Counted from the first letter of the stretch, positions 9,528-21,400 are shown. The stretch is 64,000 nucleotides of DNA from Macrostomum lignano (GCA_002269645.1 NIVC01002967.1:1-64000); one strand, 5' to 3'. Notes: a model not told the origin generated them from the sequence alone. Translations and numbers: made by a program.

Positions 9528-10726
9528 TTACTCATCATCAGAGCTGCTGTACGAGTCGTCCGATGAAGACACGCTAGCTGTAGTAGCGTCCGCAGCAGCA
9601 CGCTTTAAAAATGCTGTCTCCTTGGACGCTACCCTGGTTCCAGAGGCAGGTGTACTCACCAAGATCTTTGCTGGTGGAGCCTCCACCCAGTCTGTGCCAT
9701 CTGCACCAGCTTCGGCAGAATTGTTTTGCTGTTTTGCACCGCTGCGTTTTCGAACTTGCTTTTTAGGCGGCGGTTCAATAGAGGCTGGCGCTGCATTCGA
9801 TGTAGTCGACTTCTTCGATACGGTGGTGGTAGACCGACGCTTTGCAGGTGACTTGGCAGGTGTCACCTGGCTTGAATTCTGCAGGCTTTGTTCATTTGCT
9901 TCTTCTTGCTCACAGGTAGATGTTGGGGACGGACTCCTGCTTCTAATTGCTGACTTGGTCGCGGGTAGGTGTGCAAGCACTCCCTTGAACATGTCGAGGC
10001 GCTGCAACATGTTGTCGGAAGATTCTATGAGTGTCAGAGAGCGCACAGCGAATGTAATGCGCCAGACGAGGCAGCCTTTTGGACAATACAAGCTCGTTGC
10101 TTGCACTGTCATTTGGTAGGTACCGCTGACACCTTTGAAATCGGAAATGGACACCTCCTTCCCGTGTGGATGATCGTTGCTGATCCTGATTGTGGCACAA
10201 GGGTAAGCAGGCTTTATAGCCAGCCATTGTTGAGGCACAAACTCGAGGACGTCGTTAGCATGCTGATGAGCTGGTTTTGTTAGTCGTGCCAAGGGTCGAG
10301 CATCTTGAATCTCGTTCAACTTGACCGATAGACCTTTTTCGACTTGACTGCAAAACATTATATAAATTATGAATATAGTTTCCTAAAATTAATTGTATAA
10401 ATTTAATATGGTGCTCACCGGAGAGAGTGGAAGAGTTCCTTATCGCAGCTGTCTGGATGAAATTGGACACTTACTGCGTCGCGAGAGTCGTGTCTGCAAG
10501 ACGGATGATCGAGCTCTGGCCTTTCTGCGATTCCACGAAAAAGCTCCATTGGAGCCTTGGTTTGCAATATAATTGGGTACCATTTTGTACACTCGATTGA
10601 TGGTTTCCACGCAATAGATCGAAACTGGCAGGACGAACCAGTCGTGGTTGTAGACTGCTCTCCAACGTAAAAAATCGGACTCGAGTCGGAGCGTACAATT
10701 GACTCCGTCTTGATGCAAGCTGCCAT
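9528..10726 (-). CDS. Two-exon gene (intron 10348-10418), putative OB-fold ssDNA-binding protein with S/T/K-rich tail
   Basis: A 71-nt GTGAGC...TTTTGCAG AT-rich intron joins ORF 10415-10726 in frame to ORF 9528-10358 (ELFHSLR-QVEKGL). IILQTKAPMELF and TYQMTVQATSLY...WRITFAVRSLTL resemble viral OB-fold SSBs. Confidence 0.6.
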
Positions 10727-10804
10727 GTCTTACAAGCAATTGAATATAGTATTTCTTTTGCTGTAATGATTGAGCTCATGAAAAATTGACCATTTCGGGT
10801 CTTG

Positions 10805-10812
10805 TATTTATA
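10805..10812 (-). promoter_or_regulatory. Canonical TATA box (TATAAATA) upstream of the SSB-like gene
   Basis: About 80 nt upstream of the ATG at 10726. Confidence 0.5.
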
Positions 10813-11419
10813 GCAAGCTTTGCATGCTGTTTGTGAACTAGTAAACAAATTTAATTGTTGCGTGCTGATTAAGACATTGTTGCGTGCCAAAGGTGGCATA
10901 AGTTTCTAGGGTGGGTTGCATGATTAGGTCTAATTTTACGCAAATGTAGGTTGATATTTTATACAATAAAATTAATGAATCTTAGGCACACTAGTTATAA
11001 ATTTGCAAGAGTAACACGATGGCAAGCGTTTAATAAGAAGACTGCTGGTTGCTGCTTCATTAGATTGGTTTTGTTCTCAAGTAGAATGTAATTAAAATAT
11101 TTTGCGACTTGAAAAATTAGCAATCTTGGATTTTAGAGTAAAAATAAGCTGCACGCGGTGCTATGAAATTAATTTATTGAAAGTTTTGCTTGCATGTTGG
11201 AATTTTTTAGCTCGCACGGTGACAAGAGATTGCTTGAGTAACCTATATATAGAGTGTTACTTTTCAAACAGAAAAAGGTATAGTTGTAACTCAGCTTTTG
11301 CAGTCCTATATTGAGCAGAAGCTATATAGAGTTACACTATCATGCTGCGACGCGCAGCTTGTTGGGACTATAATGACTGCCGCTGCTATAACCGCATGCA
11401 GTCAGTGCAGTTGACACAC

Positions 11420-12125
11420 AAATGCTGTTTGGACTAAGCTAAATTACTGTGTTGAGACAGTTAAGCTGGACCACGGCTAAATCACTATTGATACGGTTAA
11501 TTGCTACTAGACCCATGGCTAAATCACTGTACGTTGAGACGGTTAAGCTGGACCACGACTAAATCGCTGTACATTGAGACGGTGGTTAAGCTGGACCATG
11601 GTTATAAAACTGGACGGGTGGTTAAGCTGGACGACTACAGCTAAAATTACTGTTGAGTCAGTTATGCTAGACCACAGCAGCCAAATCACAGTTGAGGTAA
11701 AGCTGACCATAGCTAATTCTCACTGTTGAGACGGGTGCTGCTGCTTGGCTCACAGCTAAATAACTGGACAGTTAAGCTAATCGGACTACAGCTAAATCCC
11801 TGTTGAGACAGTTGCCTGGACCACAGCTAAAATCACTGTTGAGGCAGTTAAGTCTGGACAACAGCTAAAATTACTGTTGAGACAGTTTAGCCTTGACTAT
11901 AGCTAAATCATCGTTGAGGTAGTTAAGCCTGGACTATAGCTAAATCACTGTTGATGCAGTTTTAAGCTAGACCACAGCTAAATCATACTGCTGAGGCAAA
12001 AAAGCCGGACCACGGCTAAAAACTGTTGAGGCAAAAGCTGGACCACAGCTAAATCATACTGTTGAGGCAAAAGCTGGACCACAGCTAAATCATACTGTTG
12101 AGGCAAAAGCCAGACCATGGCTAAA
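11420..12125. repeat. Degenerate ~37-42 bp minisatellite (gctggaccacagctaaatcactgttgag...)
   Basis: Many tandem, diverged units visible. Confidence 0.9.
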
Positions 12126-12374
12126 GAAACGTATGAAAAAAAATTATTTGCATGGATTAATAATTTTTGTTTAATGATGACTGTACAAGATATTGACTTT
12201 ATATTGAATTAAATAATTTCAATAAATGGCGAATAAAATTGAAAGAATTTTTTAGAATAATGAATTTATAGAGATTATATTATTGATTACAGACTTGTTT
12301 GATATATACTAAAAGAGCAATTACTTGGACACATTGCTGGCAAAATTTTATGAAGAGTTAGAAAAAATGTCTTT

Positions 12375-12926
12375 TTAAGATAGGTCCCAATATTCAAATA
12401 CTTGAGTTGTATTACAGGTCTTTGGTAATTCTACTTGGTAGAAGCCTGTGCTCATTTGAGAGACTTTTACAGACTTGATGTCCTTCTGTACAATAATTGG
12501 CGAGTTTAGCAGCGGTTGAACTTGGGTAGAAATAGCAATTGATGATGATGGTGTTTCAGTTGCTGTCGTTGGTTTGGTACTTGTAGGCTTACTGCAAGTT
12601 TGCTTTGTTGGGTCATTGTAGCTGGTTGGTGATGGTGGTGGTGGTGCATACTGCAGTTGGTCAGTTGGTCGTGGGTTCGATTGCTGCCTAATTGACTGAA
12701 TAACATCAGTTCTTGTGTAAATGCGATCTAGCTCAGTTGTCTGTCTCTCGACATGAATCGAGGTTACTCTGGCGAGAGATGTAGAATATGATGCTCTTGC
12801 AGCAGAATTGGATGTGGTGGTGTCGTGGCAAATGCGTTTGCACTGATCTGGAGGTGGCCGCGTGAAGAAAACATTCTTGAATGCTATAATAATGGATAAG
12901 ATGAGGGAAATTTGGTATAGGTGCAT
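12375..12926 (-). CDS. Hypothetical secreted/membrane-anchored S/T/P-rich (mucin-like) protein
   Basis: Hydrophobic N-terminus (YQISLILSIIIAF) and S/T/P-rich middle; 183 aa with ATG. Confidence 0.45.
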   Translation of the reverse strand: MHLYQISLILSIIIAFKNVFFTRPPPDQCKRICHDTTTSNSAARASYSTSLARVTSIHVERQTTELDRIYTRTDVIQSIRQQSNPRPTDQLQYAPPPPSPTSYNDPTKQTCSKPTSTKPTTATETPSSSIAISTQVQPLLNSPIIVQKDIKSVKVSQMSTGFYQVELPKTCNTTQVFEYWDLS

Positions 12927-12941
12927 GTATACAATGTATAT

Positions 12942-13165
12942 AGAAACTGAACTAGCAGAGAATCAGTCTAAACAGAAACCGAACTAGCAGACAATCAATC
13001 TAGAAATTCTGAACTAGCAGAGTATTAGTCTAAACAGAAACCGAACTAGCAGAAAATCAATCTAGAGACTGAACAAACAGAGGATCGGTCTAAACAGAAA
13101 CCGAACTAACAATCAATCTAGAAACTAAACTATAGCGAACAGTCAATCTAAAAAAGAAAACTGAA
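12942..13165. repeat. ~30 bp minisatellite (gaactagcaga.aatca.tcta) with alternating units
   Basis: About 7 tandem units. Confidence 0.85.
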
Positions 13166-14691
13166 CTAGAGTAGGTGATTATCTTACCTTGTTTAACATA
13201 GCGCTCGGCCAATTCCTGCTGACGTGATCGCTTCATTTCACTTAAGATGTAAGTATAGTTGAACAAGTAGTATAATGTAAACTTGGTTTAAGTTATTTAA
13301 TATTTTCTGTGTCAGTGTGTTCGTATATATATATAGTATAAAGAAGAAGCATGTTGACGCAGTTGTTGACATAGTATCTGTAAACCATCTGCTCAAGTTG
13401 GTGCAAAAATTCTATAGGCACTCAAGAATAGATCATTTACTATCTTTCTTCAAAAGGGTGATAATATTCACAAGTTTTCAATATTTCAAAAACACTTGAA
13501 ATGTGTGAATAGCTTTGGAGTAAATTTGTCTTGAATGGAATCCTTTGAAGTGTGTTTGTGTCACCATTGCTAGAATCGGTTACTTGTATTTTGGACAGGT
13601 GGATATGCAATTCGTCTGAATAATCACGTTGCGTAAAAGATATTTAGCGTGCACTTGGAATTTCAGACTGCGTGCACATGGAATTTCAGACTGCGTGCAC
13701 ATGAAATTTCGGACTCTGCCATTTTTTTGGGCCTGTACTTACTATGTATTTCGCCATAAGGAAATCGGCTTTGTGTCAAAAAAACGTATACTACTTGGCT
13801 CTATGCTTCAAGCTTTTGGCTCGCTTGATGAAGTGTTGGGGGCTACAATTAATTAATACCTCAGCAGCTCATCACTACAACTGCAGCTCATCCACCTCCG
13901 ACTGTGGCGAGGACGGCTAGCATGAACGGTCTTCAGCTGGTGCTACCGCCAGTCACGGGGGCTGCCTACATAGTAAAAATTGACAAATTTGAAATAGTCT
14001 TTACTCCAATTTAGGTAAATTAAGCTTTGAAATTCCGATTTATTAATTAGTTTGCTACATGAATCTTGATCTACCGTCGTTTTTTTCTCGCTAATTTTTA
14101 CTAACATTTTATTCCTAACCAGTAAAATTTATATAAGGCTGCGATTGTAAATTGAAATAATTGTAACGTTTTAAATAAACGAGGCGAAAGCCGGTGGTTC
14201 TTAATTATTATTGGTAATAAGATAAGTTTACAAGATAGATCGAAGAACTGCAACCGTTTGATTGCGGGTGATTTATGTTTATAGCTTTTTCATGGAACAC
14301 TCCGGAAGAAAGAATTTTCTAGAAAGAGTCACGCGGGAATTGAAGTTACTATATTTAGAATCATATTTTAGCGCGGAAATTTCTCGAATGAAATGTTTAC
14401 TGAATAGTCGGAAAGTTTGCAAAGGTTTAGTACAAGGTCACAACATAATTAAAATTAAATAAGGTTGTTAATGTGCGTGCTGAAGCACAAAAGTGTCTAC
14501 TGATTATTGGAATACAAAGTAGTGAACAATGGTTTTTTATTTTTAATAAATAAAATGTTTGTTGCAAAGTTACAGCTGCATTATTCACCAACTTATTATA
14601 GCATAAAATATGTAAAGCATGCCTATTTTCAAAGGAAAAAAATGAATTACTAAATTTGGTAAAGTGGCTCGCTTGGCAAGTACAACAAAAA

Positions 14692-15769
14692 AATCCGAAA
14701 GTCAACATGTGGTTTTTTCGACGCGTTTCGCACACCAAGGTTCATCGTCAGGTATATTGTTTGAAACGAAAGGTGTGAGTAAGCGAATTTATAAATTATT
14801 TGTCAATGAAACGTATGTAGCTGGTGAGTAAGATGCTTGCTTCACAGAGCCTACACTGTCTGCAACTCCTGGATCAACTTTGACCAAGAAATTAGATTCC
14901 TGACCAAAATGCTCCAACAAAACGGTTACCCTTCTGCCTTCATCCACCACAACATCCACAATTAATTTCTGAAAGAATGAATCACCTAAAAGTTTCCAAA
15001 CCTGACTACATTTACCTTAGTGAACCAACCCTCATTCTCCCTTTCTTTAGCCATCCTTCTCTCACCTTCAAAAACAGGATTTGCAAATTATTCCACAACT
15101 CTTTCAACAGCCCAATTCGCATTATTTTCCGCTCTTCCAAAGTTGCAGTTTTGTCGGTCGGTTAAATTCACGTGTACCCCGTGATCTGTGTGCAGGTGTT
15201 GTCTACTGTTTCAACTGCTCTGTTGATCAGAGCGTCTCCGATCTCCCTCCTACGTGGGGAAGACCAAAAGACACCTGCACACTAGAACTAGGGAGCACTG
15301 GCTCAAACCGTCGGCCATCCAAACCCACCTTTTGGAATGTAACAGTTGCTCTAATTGTACACCTGAAGAACGCTTTAAAATCATCGATCAATGCCCATCT
15401 GATCACAAGCTCAAGATCTTAGAAGCCTTGTAAATAAAAAACCAGTCGCCCACCCTTAATACGCAACTCCAACACAGTGTGCAGGCCATGTTTTCCGTGT
15501 ATTCTGAGTGAGAGAGCACTGACCTTGTTGTAACCAGTGCTCATTGAGTTATATTTTGTTTTCTGCCTATTGGCTTTCGCCCCGCCCTACGGACTATCAA
15601 CCTCCTACTACTCTGTACATACAAAATACTTACTCACCAGCTACATACGTTTCATTGACAAATAATTTATAAATTCGCTTACTCACACCTTTCGTTTCAA
15701 ACAATATACCTGACGATGCACCTTGGTGTGCGAAACGCGTCGAAAAAACCACATGTTGATTTTCGGATT
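14692..15769 (+). mobile_element. Penelope-like element fragment (RT thumb + start of GIY-YIG) flanked by ~140-bp inverted pLTR copies
   Basis: 14692-14832 is the reverse complement of 15629-15769. The interior encodes RAYTVCNSWINFDQEIRFLTKMLQQNGYP and GVVYCFNC (decayed). Confidence 0.85.
15700..15760 (+). ncRNA. Minimal hammerhead ribozyme in the Penelope pLTR (second, mutated copy on the minus strand at ~14705-14765)
   Basis: CUGACGA core (15710), stem II GCAC/GUGC, GAAA, palindromic ACGCGU stem III and a GUC cleavage triplet ending at 15741. Confidence 0.75.
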
Positions 15770-15989
15770 CCTTTTTAAATTAAATTTGAGTTTTGCTATT
15801 GAAGACACGACTAACGTGATAAAAAAGTTTTTAGTAATACGCACGTATGATTCCAGCTACACTATTATGAGCATCAACAGTCTAGTTTAAATATTTAGCT
15901 AATTTTTGTATGCAAAAATTAAATTTTCGAAACATTATTTCAGTTTTGATTCCTGATAAAAAACTGAAAGCTCTGCATGGAGCAATCCG

Positions 15990-16755
15990 AGAGCCAAGAA
16001 CTGATTCAGATAGACTCCAACTGGTCTGAGTCAGAGTCTGACTATTCACAGACAAGACACCAACTGGTCTGAGTCAGAGTCTGACTATTCACAGAAAAGA
16101 CACCATCTGGTCTGAGTCAGAGTCTGACTATTCACAGACAAGACACCATCTGGTCTGAGTCAGAGTCTGACTATTCACAGACAAGACACCATCTGGTCTG
16201 AGTCAGAGTCTGACTATTCACAGACAAGACACCAACTGGTCTGAGTCAGAGTCTGACTATTCACAGACAAGACACCATCTGGTCTGAGTCAGAGTCTGAC
16301 TATTCACAGACAAGACACCAACTGGTCTGAGTCAGAGTCCAACTGGTCTGAGTCAGAGTCTGACTATTCAGAGACAGAAGACTCCAACTGGTTTGAGTCA
16401 GATTCTGACTATCAGAGACAGAAGACTCCAACTGGTCTGAGTCAGAGTCTGACTATCAGAGACAGAAGACTCCAACTGGTCTGAGTCAGAGTCTGACTAT
16501 CAGAGACAGAAGACTCCAACTGGTCTGAGTCAGAGTCTGACTATCAGAGACAGAAGACTCCAACTGGTCTGAGTCAGAGTCTGACTATCAGAGACAGAAG
16601 ACTCCAACTGGTCTGAGTCAGAGTCTGACTATCAGAGACAGAAGACTCCAAATGTTCTGAGTCAGAGTCTGACTATTCAGAGACAGAAGACTCCAAATGT
16701 TCTGAGTCAGAGTCTGACTATTCAGAGCCAGAAGATTCCAACTGGTCTGAGTCCT
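15990..16755. repeat. 43/44-bp minisatellite with two sub-blocks
   Basis: Period 43 (16021/16064), then 44 (16441/16485); each unit has TGAGTCA and the AGTCAGA-G-TCTGACT palindrome. Confidence 0.95.
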
Positions 16756-17013
16756 GTGGTTTCTGAACATCACAATCGTGCCACAGACGTCAAATTTCCT
16801 GTGATGTGTTGTGCGAAGGGAGGTAAGGTTAATAGAAAGAATTGAACTGATAATTTAGTAGGCAAATTCACTGACTGGAAATCTAAATAACTAAGTTTTT
16901 ACGGTAGAAAATTACACTTACGTCTTCATTTCACTGCCGGAAGTCTCTTTAATCTTCTTATAGATCGGTGGACTTCGACAGACTGTCTCGGCTGTCCTCT
17001 TAATAGTACCACG

Positions 17014-17372
17014 TTAGTCAGTGGAAGCGGTTATCTCGTGCTCATTGTCCGTAGTGCTGTAGCTTGGATCAGCCTTCTTCACATAGCCGCCAGATATGCA
17101 GAAGATGACGCCCTCTTGACACACGGTCAAAAATGGCTTTAGATTCTTTCCAAACACGCTGACTCGAATTTCGCCCGTGTCATCACATAGGATGAAGGAG
17201 AACACTTGGGCTGGTCCTCTTTTGCCTTCGAAGTCCGTGATTTTGCTCAGCCTCATTACCAGACCAACGATAGCAGCGTGCATCAGGCCCGGAAGCAGAG
17301 CAGCGATACACACTTTGCTTTTTTGGCTTGTCAATCGCATGACTCTAATGCTTGTTTGTTGGAATGATATAG
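17014..17372 (-). CDS. RPA70 (RPA1) DBD-A-like OB-fold, apparently truncated after one domain
   Basis: KVCIAALLP...AIVGLVMRLSKI...QVFSFILCDDTGEIRVSVFG...ISGGYVKKADPSYST..NEHEIT parallels RPA1 KLFSLELVDESGEIRATAF...ANKQFTAVKNDYEMT. Acceptor ttttgtccag at ~17373. Confidence 0.8.
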
Positions 17373-17509
17373 CTGGACAAAATAATTATATCCTTAACTT
17401 GTCACAAATAAGTGTTTGATAATTTAAGCTGTTGTGGTTAAGAAAAAAATTCACCTAGTGCACTCAACTTTTATTACAAAGCATTCTCGGACAACCCTAA
17501 CCTACACAC

Positions 17510-17782
17510 CCAATTGGCACTCGTGATGAATCATGTCAATGGCATGATTTGGGACTAATTGGGGGGGTACAAAGCAAAGATCAATAGTCAGATATGGATG
17601 ACCAATCAGAGAAAAGAATGGTCAAAAATCTTTCTAATTCACCCACTTGTCGCGGATTGGCTGTTGATTTCGCAAAGCTTTTTGATTGGTAAACAGTTTA
17701 TTATCAACAAGCTTTGAGAAACTAAAAAAATCTTTTATGTACAGTGTGAAGGAGAATTGAGGGGGTTTAAAAATCAGCCAAT
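17510..17782. promoter_or_regulatory. Cluster of five CCAAT/ATTGG boxes upstream of the RPA-like gene
   Basis: Motifs at 17510, 17602, 17656, 17685 and 17778. Confidence 0.55.
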
Positions 17783-17815
17783 AGCTTACCTGGATTAAAT
17801 TAGAGTGAGTTTATT

Positions 17816-18042
17816 GTAGTGATCCGCTAGTTGATGTTAGGCGTCCCACTCTGTCAGCAGTCGCCCTTGCCTGGCCCGCGCCCTGGGTTGCTGTCTGCCG
17901 CTGGGCAGCGTCCCGTCCGGTCCCCTTTTGTCTGTCTGTTGCTGCTCCCTTCCTTCTTCTGCCCGTTTTGCCCTTCGTTTCTCAGCCCCCAGCTTCTCTG
18001 CTGTGGGCTGACCTCGTTCCGTCAGTCTTGGTTTCCCCTGTC
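17816..18042 (+). mobile_element. LINE 3' UTR-like fragment (diverged homologue of 25440-25670)
   Basis: Colinear similarity starting tgtagt.atccgcta and ending ttcccctgtca in both copies. Confidence 0.7.
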
Positions 18043-18425
18043 AAGAAGTTTAGCTGAGATTGAGGATGTTCTGGCGCTCGCCCAAACCGCCAGATCATCC
18101 GCATATTGACTAACATGTACCTTTCTATCAGCAGGCAGTGGAATATTGTTGACATATACCAGGAAGAGCAGCGGCGAGAAAACTCCCCCCTGTGGAACTC
18201 CAGCTGCCGGGGAGAAGCTCTCGCTAAGAGCCCCTCCAACCTGGACCTGCAGATCTCTATCGTCAAGATAGCTGGAAACTGACCTCGTTAGGCAATGGGG
18301 TAGACCACTTTCAAGGAGATCTAACCGTAGCGAGTCATGCCAGACTCCATCGAAGGCACCTTCAACGTCAAAGAAGACCCCAAGGGTGTACTGACTGAGT
18401 TGCAGCATCTTGAGGACGTCATCAG
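18043..18425 (-). pseudogene. Inverted duplicate of the LINE RT segment (left arm; continues at 23216-23320 after the Gypsy)
   Basis: Reverse complement of 24253-24740 with one mismatch seen. Confidence 0.9.
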
Positions 18426-21400
18426 TGTGGGGCAGTGTACATCTGCCTCCCTCTCCCTCTCCCTCGCTCAATTGGTCCGGCGCTATCACTGCCCCGTACA
18501 AGTACGTACAGCCAACCACTCACTTCAATAATTGATTTAGCTCATATTACGCAATTAGTCATAGCCAAATATAAGCCGGCCCTGCTAAGTGCAAGCGGCC
18601 CTTGAGTTATTCTTCATGCCTGCCTAGCACCATATCGCGGCATTGACTTTTCTACATTGGCGTCGCAAGCCATCGGACAAACAAGCGCCATGGCAAACTT
18701 CATTTCTCTGCCACCGCCCGAGCCGTTCAATCCATCCAGCGACTCTCAAAACTCAAGCAAGCAGTGGGCGGCCTGGTCAAGCAGATTCGATGACTTCATC
18801 GCAGCGTCTGGAATCTCAGAAGAAAAACAAAAGTGCAAGCTGCTCTCCTACACGGGGGGCAGAGAGCTAGCCGAGATCATCAGAGAAGTGCAGGCCAATC
18901 ACGAAGACACGAAAGAATCGCTGGAGAGGCTTCTGGCCGAACTGACCAACTATTTCAACGACCGAAAAAACCTGGTCTTCGCACGGTATCAGTTTCGGCA
19001 GTGCACACAACAGCTGGGAGAGACCATAGACAACTGGTACGCTCGGATGAAAGCATCCGCTGACACCTGCGACTTCGGAGAACTTCGAGATTCCATCATT
19101 CGTGATCAGTTGGTCGCCACCTGCCTCTCTGACGCACTTCGTCGCCGACTACTGCGAGAATCTGACATTTCGCTCAGCGACGCTCTCAAGTGTGCGAGAG
19201 CCCACGAAGCTTCAGAAGCGCAAGCAACCGCAATCGAGCAATCGAAGGACTCGACCGTCGCTGCTATCAGCCAGCAAGGCACCACGCAACGGCAACGGCA
19301 TCGGCAACAACAGCCAAACAGAAGAAGTCATTTGGACCGCCCACCACAATCAACAAGTCAATCCCTCACCTGCTACAGATGCGGCGAATCCGGCCACAGC
19401 AACTGTGAAGCTGCTAGAGGCAAAACTTGCAGCCACTGCGGAAAACCGAACCATTTGGCAAAGGCGTGCCGTCGGGGCAACGCAGGCGCGGCTCGATATT
19501 CAAAAGTGAACTCTGTTTCAACTGAAGAAGCCCAAATTCTCTACACCGACGAGAGCATTACTGAGGACGTCTTCACTCTGCCCGCTGACCGGGTGCAGTA
19601 CCCAGAAGATGTGACAGTGCGAGTCCTGGTTGGAGGTGAGCCTCTAGATATGATGGTAGACAGCGGGGCCAGCTGCAACATCATGAGCGATGAGACATTC
19701 AAGAAGCTCCACGGAGTGCAACTTCTCCATACCAACCGCGTCATCAAGGCGTACGGCGCATCTGCCCCGCTCAACATCAAAGGAATGTCGCATCTTGTAA
19801 TCACCGTGGGCAAGAACTGCTGCAAGACGCCGTTCTACGTGATGGAAGGGCGGGGTGCCACATTACTCGGGCGCCAGGCCGCCTTTGAACTCGGTTTGCT
19901 TGAAATTCGCCGGCCGAAGCAGCTCGCCGACGTCAGCGCTGTCGAAGCAAACCTTCCGAATGATCCACAACTGAGGACAGTCTTGCAGAAGCACAAGAAT
20001 GTCTTCACAGGGCTCGGCTGCGTCAAAGGCGTCGAGGTATCAGTGCGACTCCAAGAAGATGCCATCCCGGTCTGCCATCCACCAGCCCGAGTTCCGGTCC
20101 ACCTAAAGACAGCAGTGGAAAAAGAGCTGCAGGGCTTACTGGACTTGGACGTCATCGAGCCGGTAACCGGTCCCACACCGTGGGTGTCTCGCATGGTCGT
20201 TGTACCGAAGTCGTCCGGAGGCGTCAGAATATGCCAAGACCTTCGAGACCTCAACAAATTTGTGATCCTGGAAAAGCAAGCCATACCCACCTTGGACGAG
20301 GTCACAGAAGAGATGGCCGGAGCAACCCTATTCAGCGAGCTGGACATCTGCAAAGCATTCTACCAAATACCGGTGGATGAAGAAAGCCGACACCTGTTCA
20401 CATTCAGCACCCCCTTCGGATTGATGCGGCTAAAGCGACTGAGCATGGGGTTTACAAGTGCCTCTGAAATCTTGCAGCGGATCATGTCAGGAGTGCTCAG
20501 CGGCCTCCCCGGAGTCCGGTGGATCCATGATGACGTCATCATATATGCAGACAGTATGCAGCAGCACAATCAGCGCCTTGACGACTGCCTCACTAGGCTC
20601 TCAGAGTGTGGACTCACGGTCAACCCGGGAAAATGCAAGTTCGCCAAAAGTTCCATCAGCTTCCTCGGCGTTACATTATCGGCCAAGGGCATTTCGGCGC
20701 CAGCTGAGAAAATCCAAGCAGTCCAGGATTTTTGACCACCAACCAACGCATCCGAGACTCGGTCCTTCCTGGGACTGGCGAATTATTTGTCGAAGTTCAT
20801 CCCGAGCTTCGCCGACCTGACAGCCCCACTGCGCGAGCTAACCAAGAAGTGCAAGCGCTGGGAATGGACGACTCAGCATGCAGAGGCCTTCAACGCGTTG
20901 AAAAGCGCTATCAGCAAGCCAGAAACGCTGGCCTTCTTTGATTGCAATCGGTCCACAGAACTTGTCGTCGATGCTTCACCAATCGGACTGGGCGCAATTC
21001 TCAGCCAGAAGCAACCGAATGGCACCGTCAGGCCCGTCGCCTACGCCAGTCGAACTCTGACTCCAGTTGAGCAGCGCTACTCACAAATAGAGCGCGAGGC
21101 TTTGGCCGTAAAATTCGGCTGCCTTAAGTTCGACTTCTACTTGGCTGGCAATTCGAATTTTACCATCGTCACAGATCACAAGCCTCTGATCCCGCTTTTT
21201 AAGCCGGGTTCACGGCCGCCGCCGAGAATTCAGCGAATGGCGCTCCGCATCCAACATCTTCAGTTCAAGCTCGAATACCGGCCCGGCGCATCGAACCCGT
21301 CGGACCTTCTAAGCCGACAGCCGATGCCAACAGATCTGTCTCGTGCTATCGGTGAAACTCTGGACGCCGCCTACATCAACGCAGTGGTCAAAAGTGCTGT

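Larger units (their letters stand above)
1..10900 (-). mobile_element. Polinton/Maverick (adintovirus-like) endogenous viral element, runs off the left edge; right boundary uncertain (possibly to ~17.8 kb)
   Basis: Co-oriented cluster of MCP, core protein, rve integrase, penton, packaging ATPase, PLA2 and pPolB remnants. No TIR or TSD identified in the window. Confidence 0.93.

Noticed and set aside
10471-10899. 142-aa ORF overlapping the SSB-like first exon
   Set aside because: GTG start, spans the TATA box and 5' UTR of the better-supported spliced gene.
12227-12378. Plus-strand MANKIERIF... frame converging on the mucin-like ORF
   Set aside because: Two internal stops in ~50 codons and no recognisable homology.
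15990-16755. CRISPR-like look of the 43/44-bp array (also 11420-12125)
   Set aside because: Units are contiguous with no unique spacers, there are no cas genes, and the context is eukaryotic.
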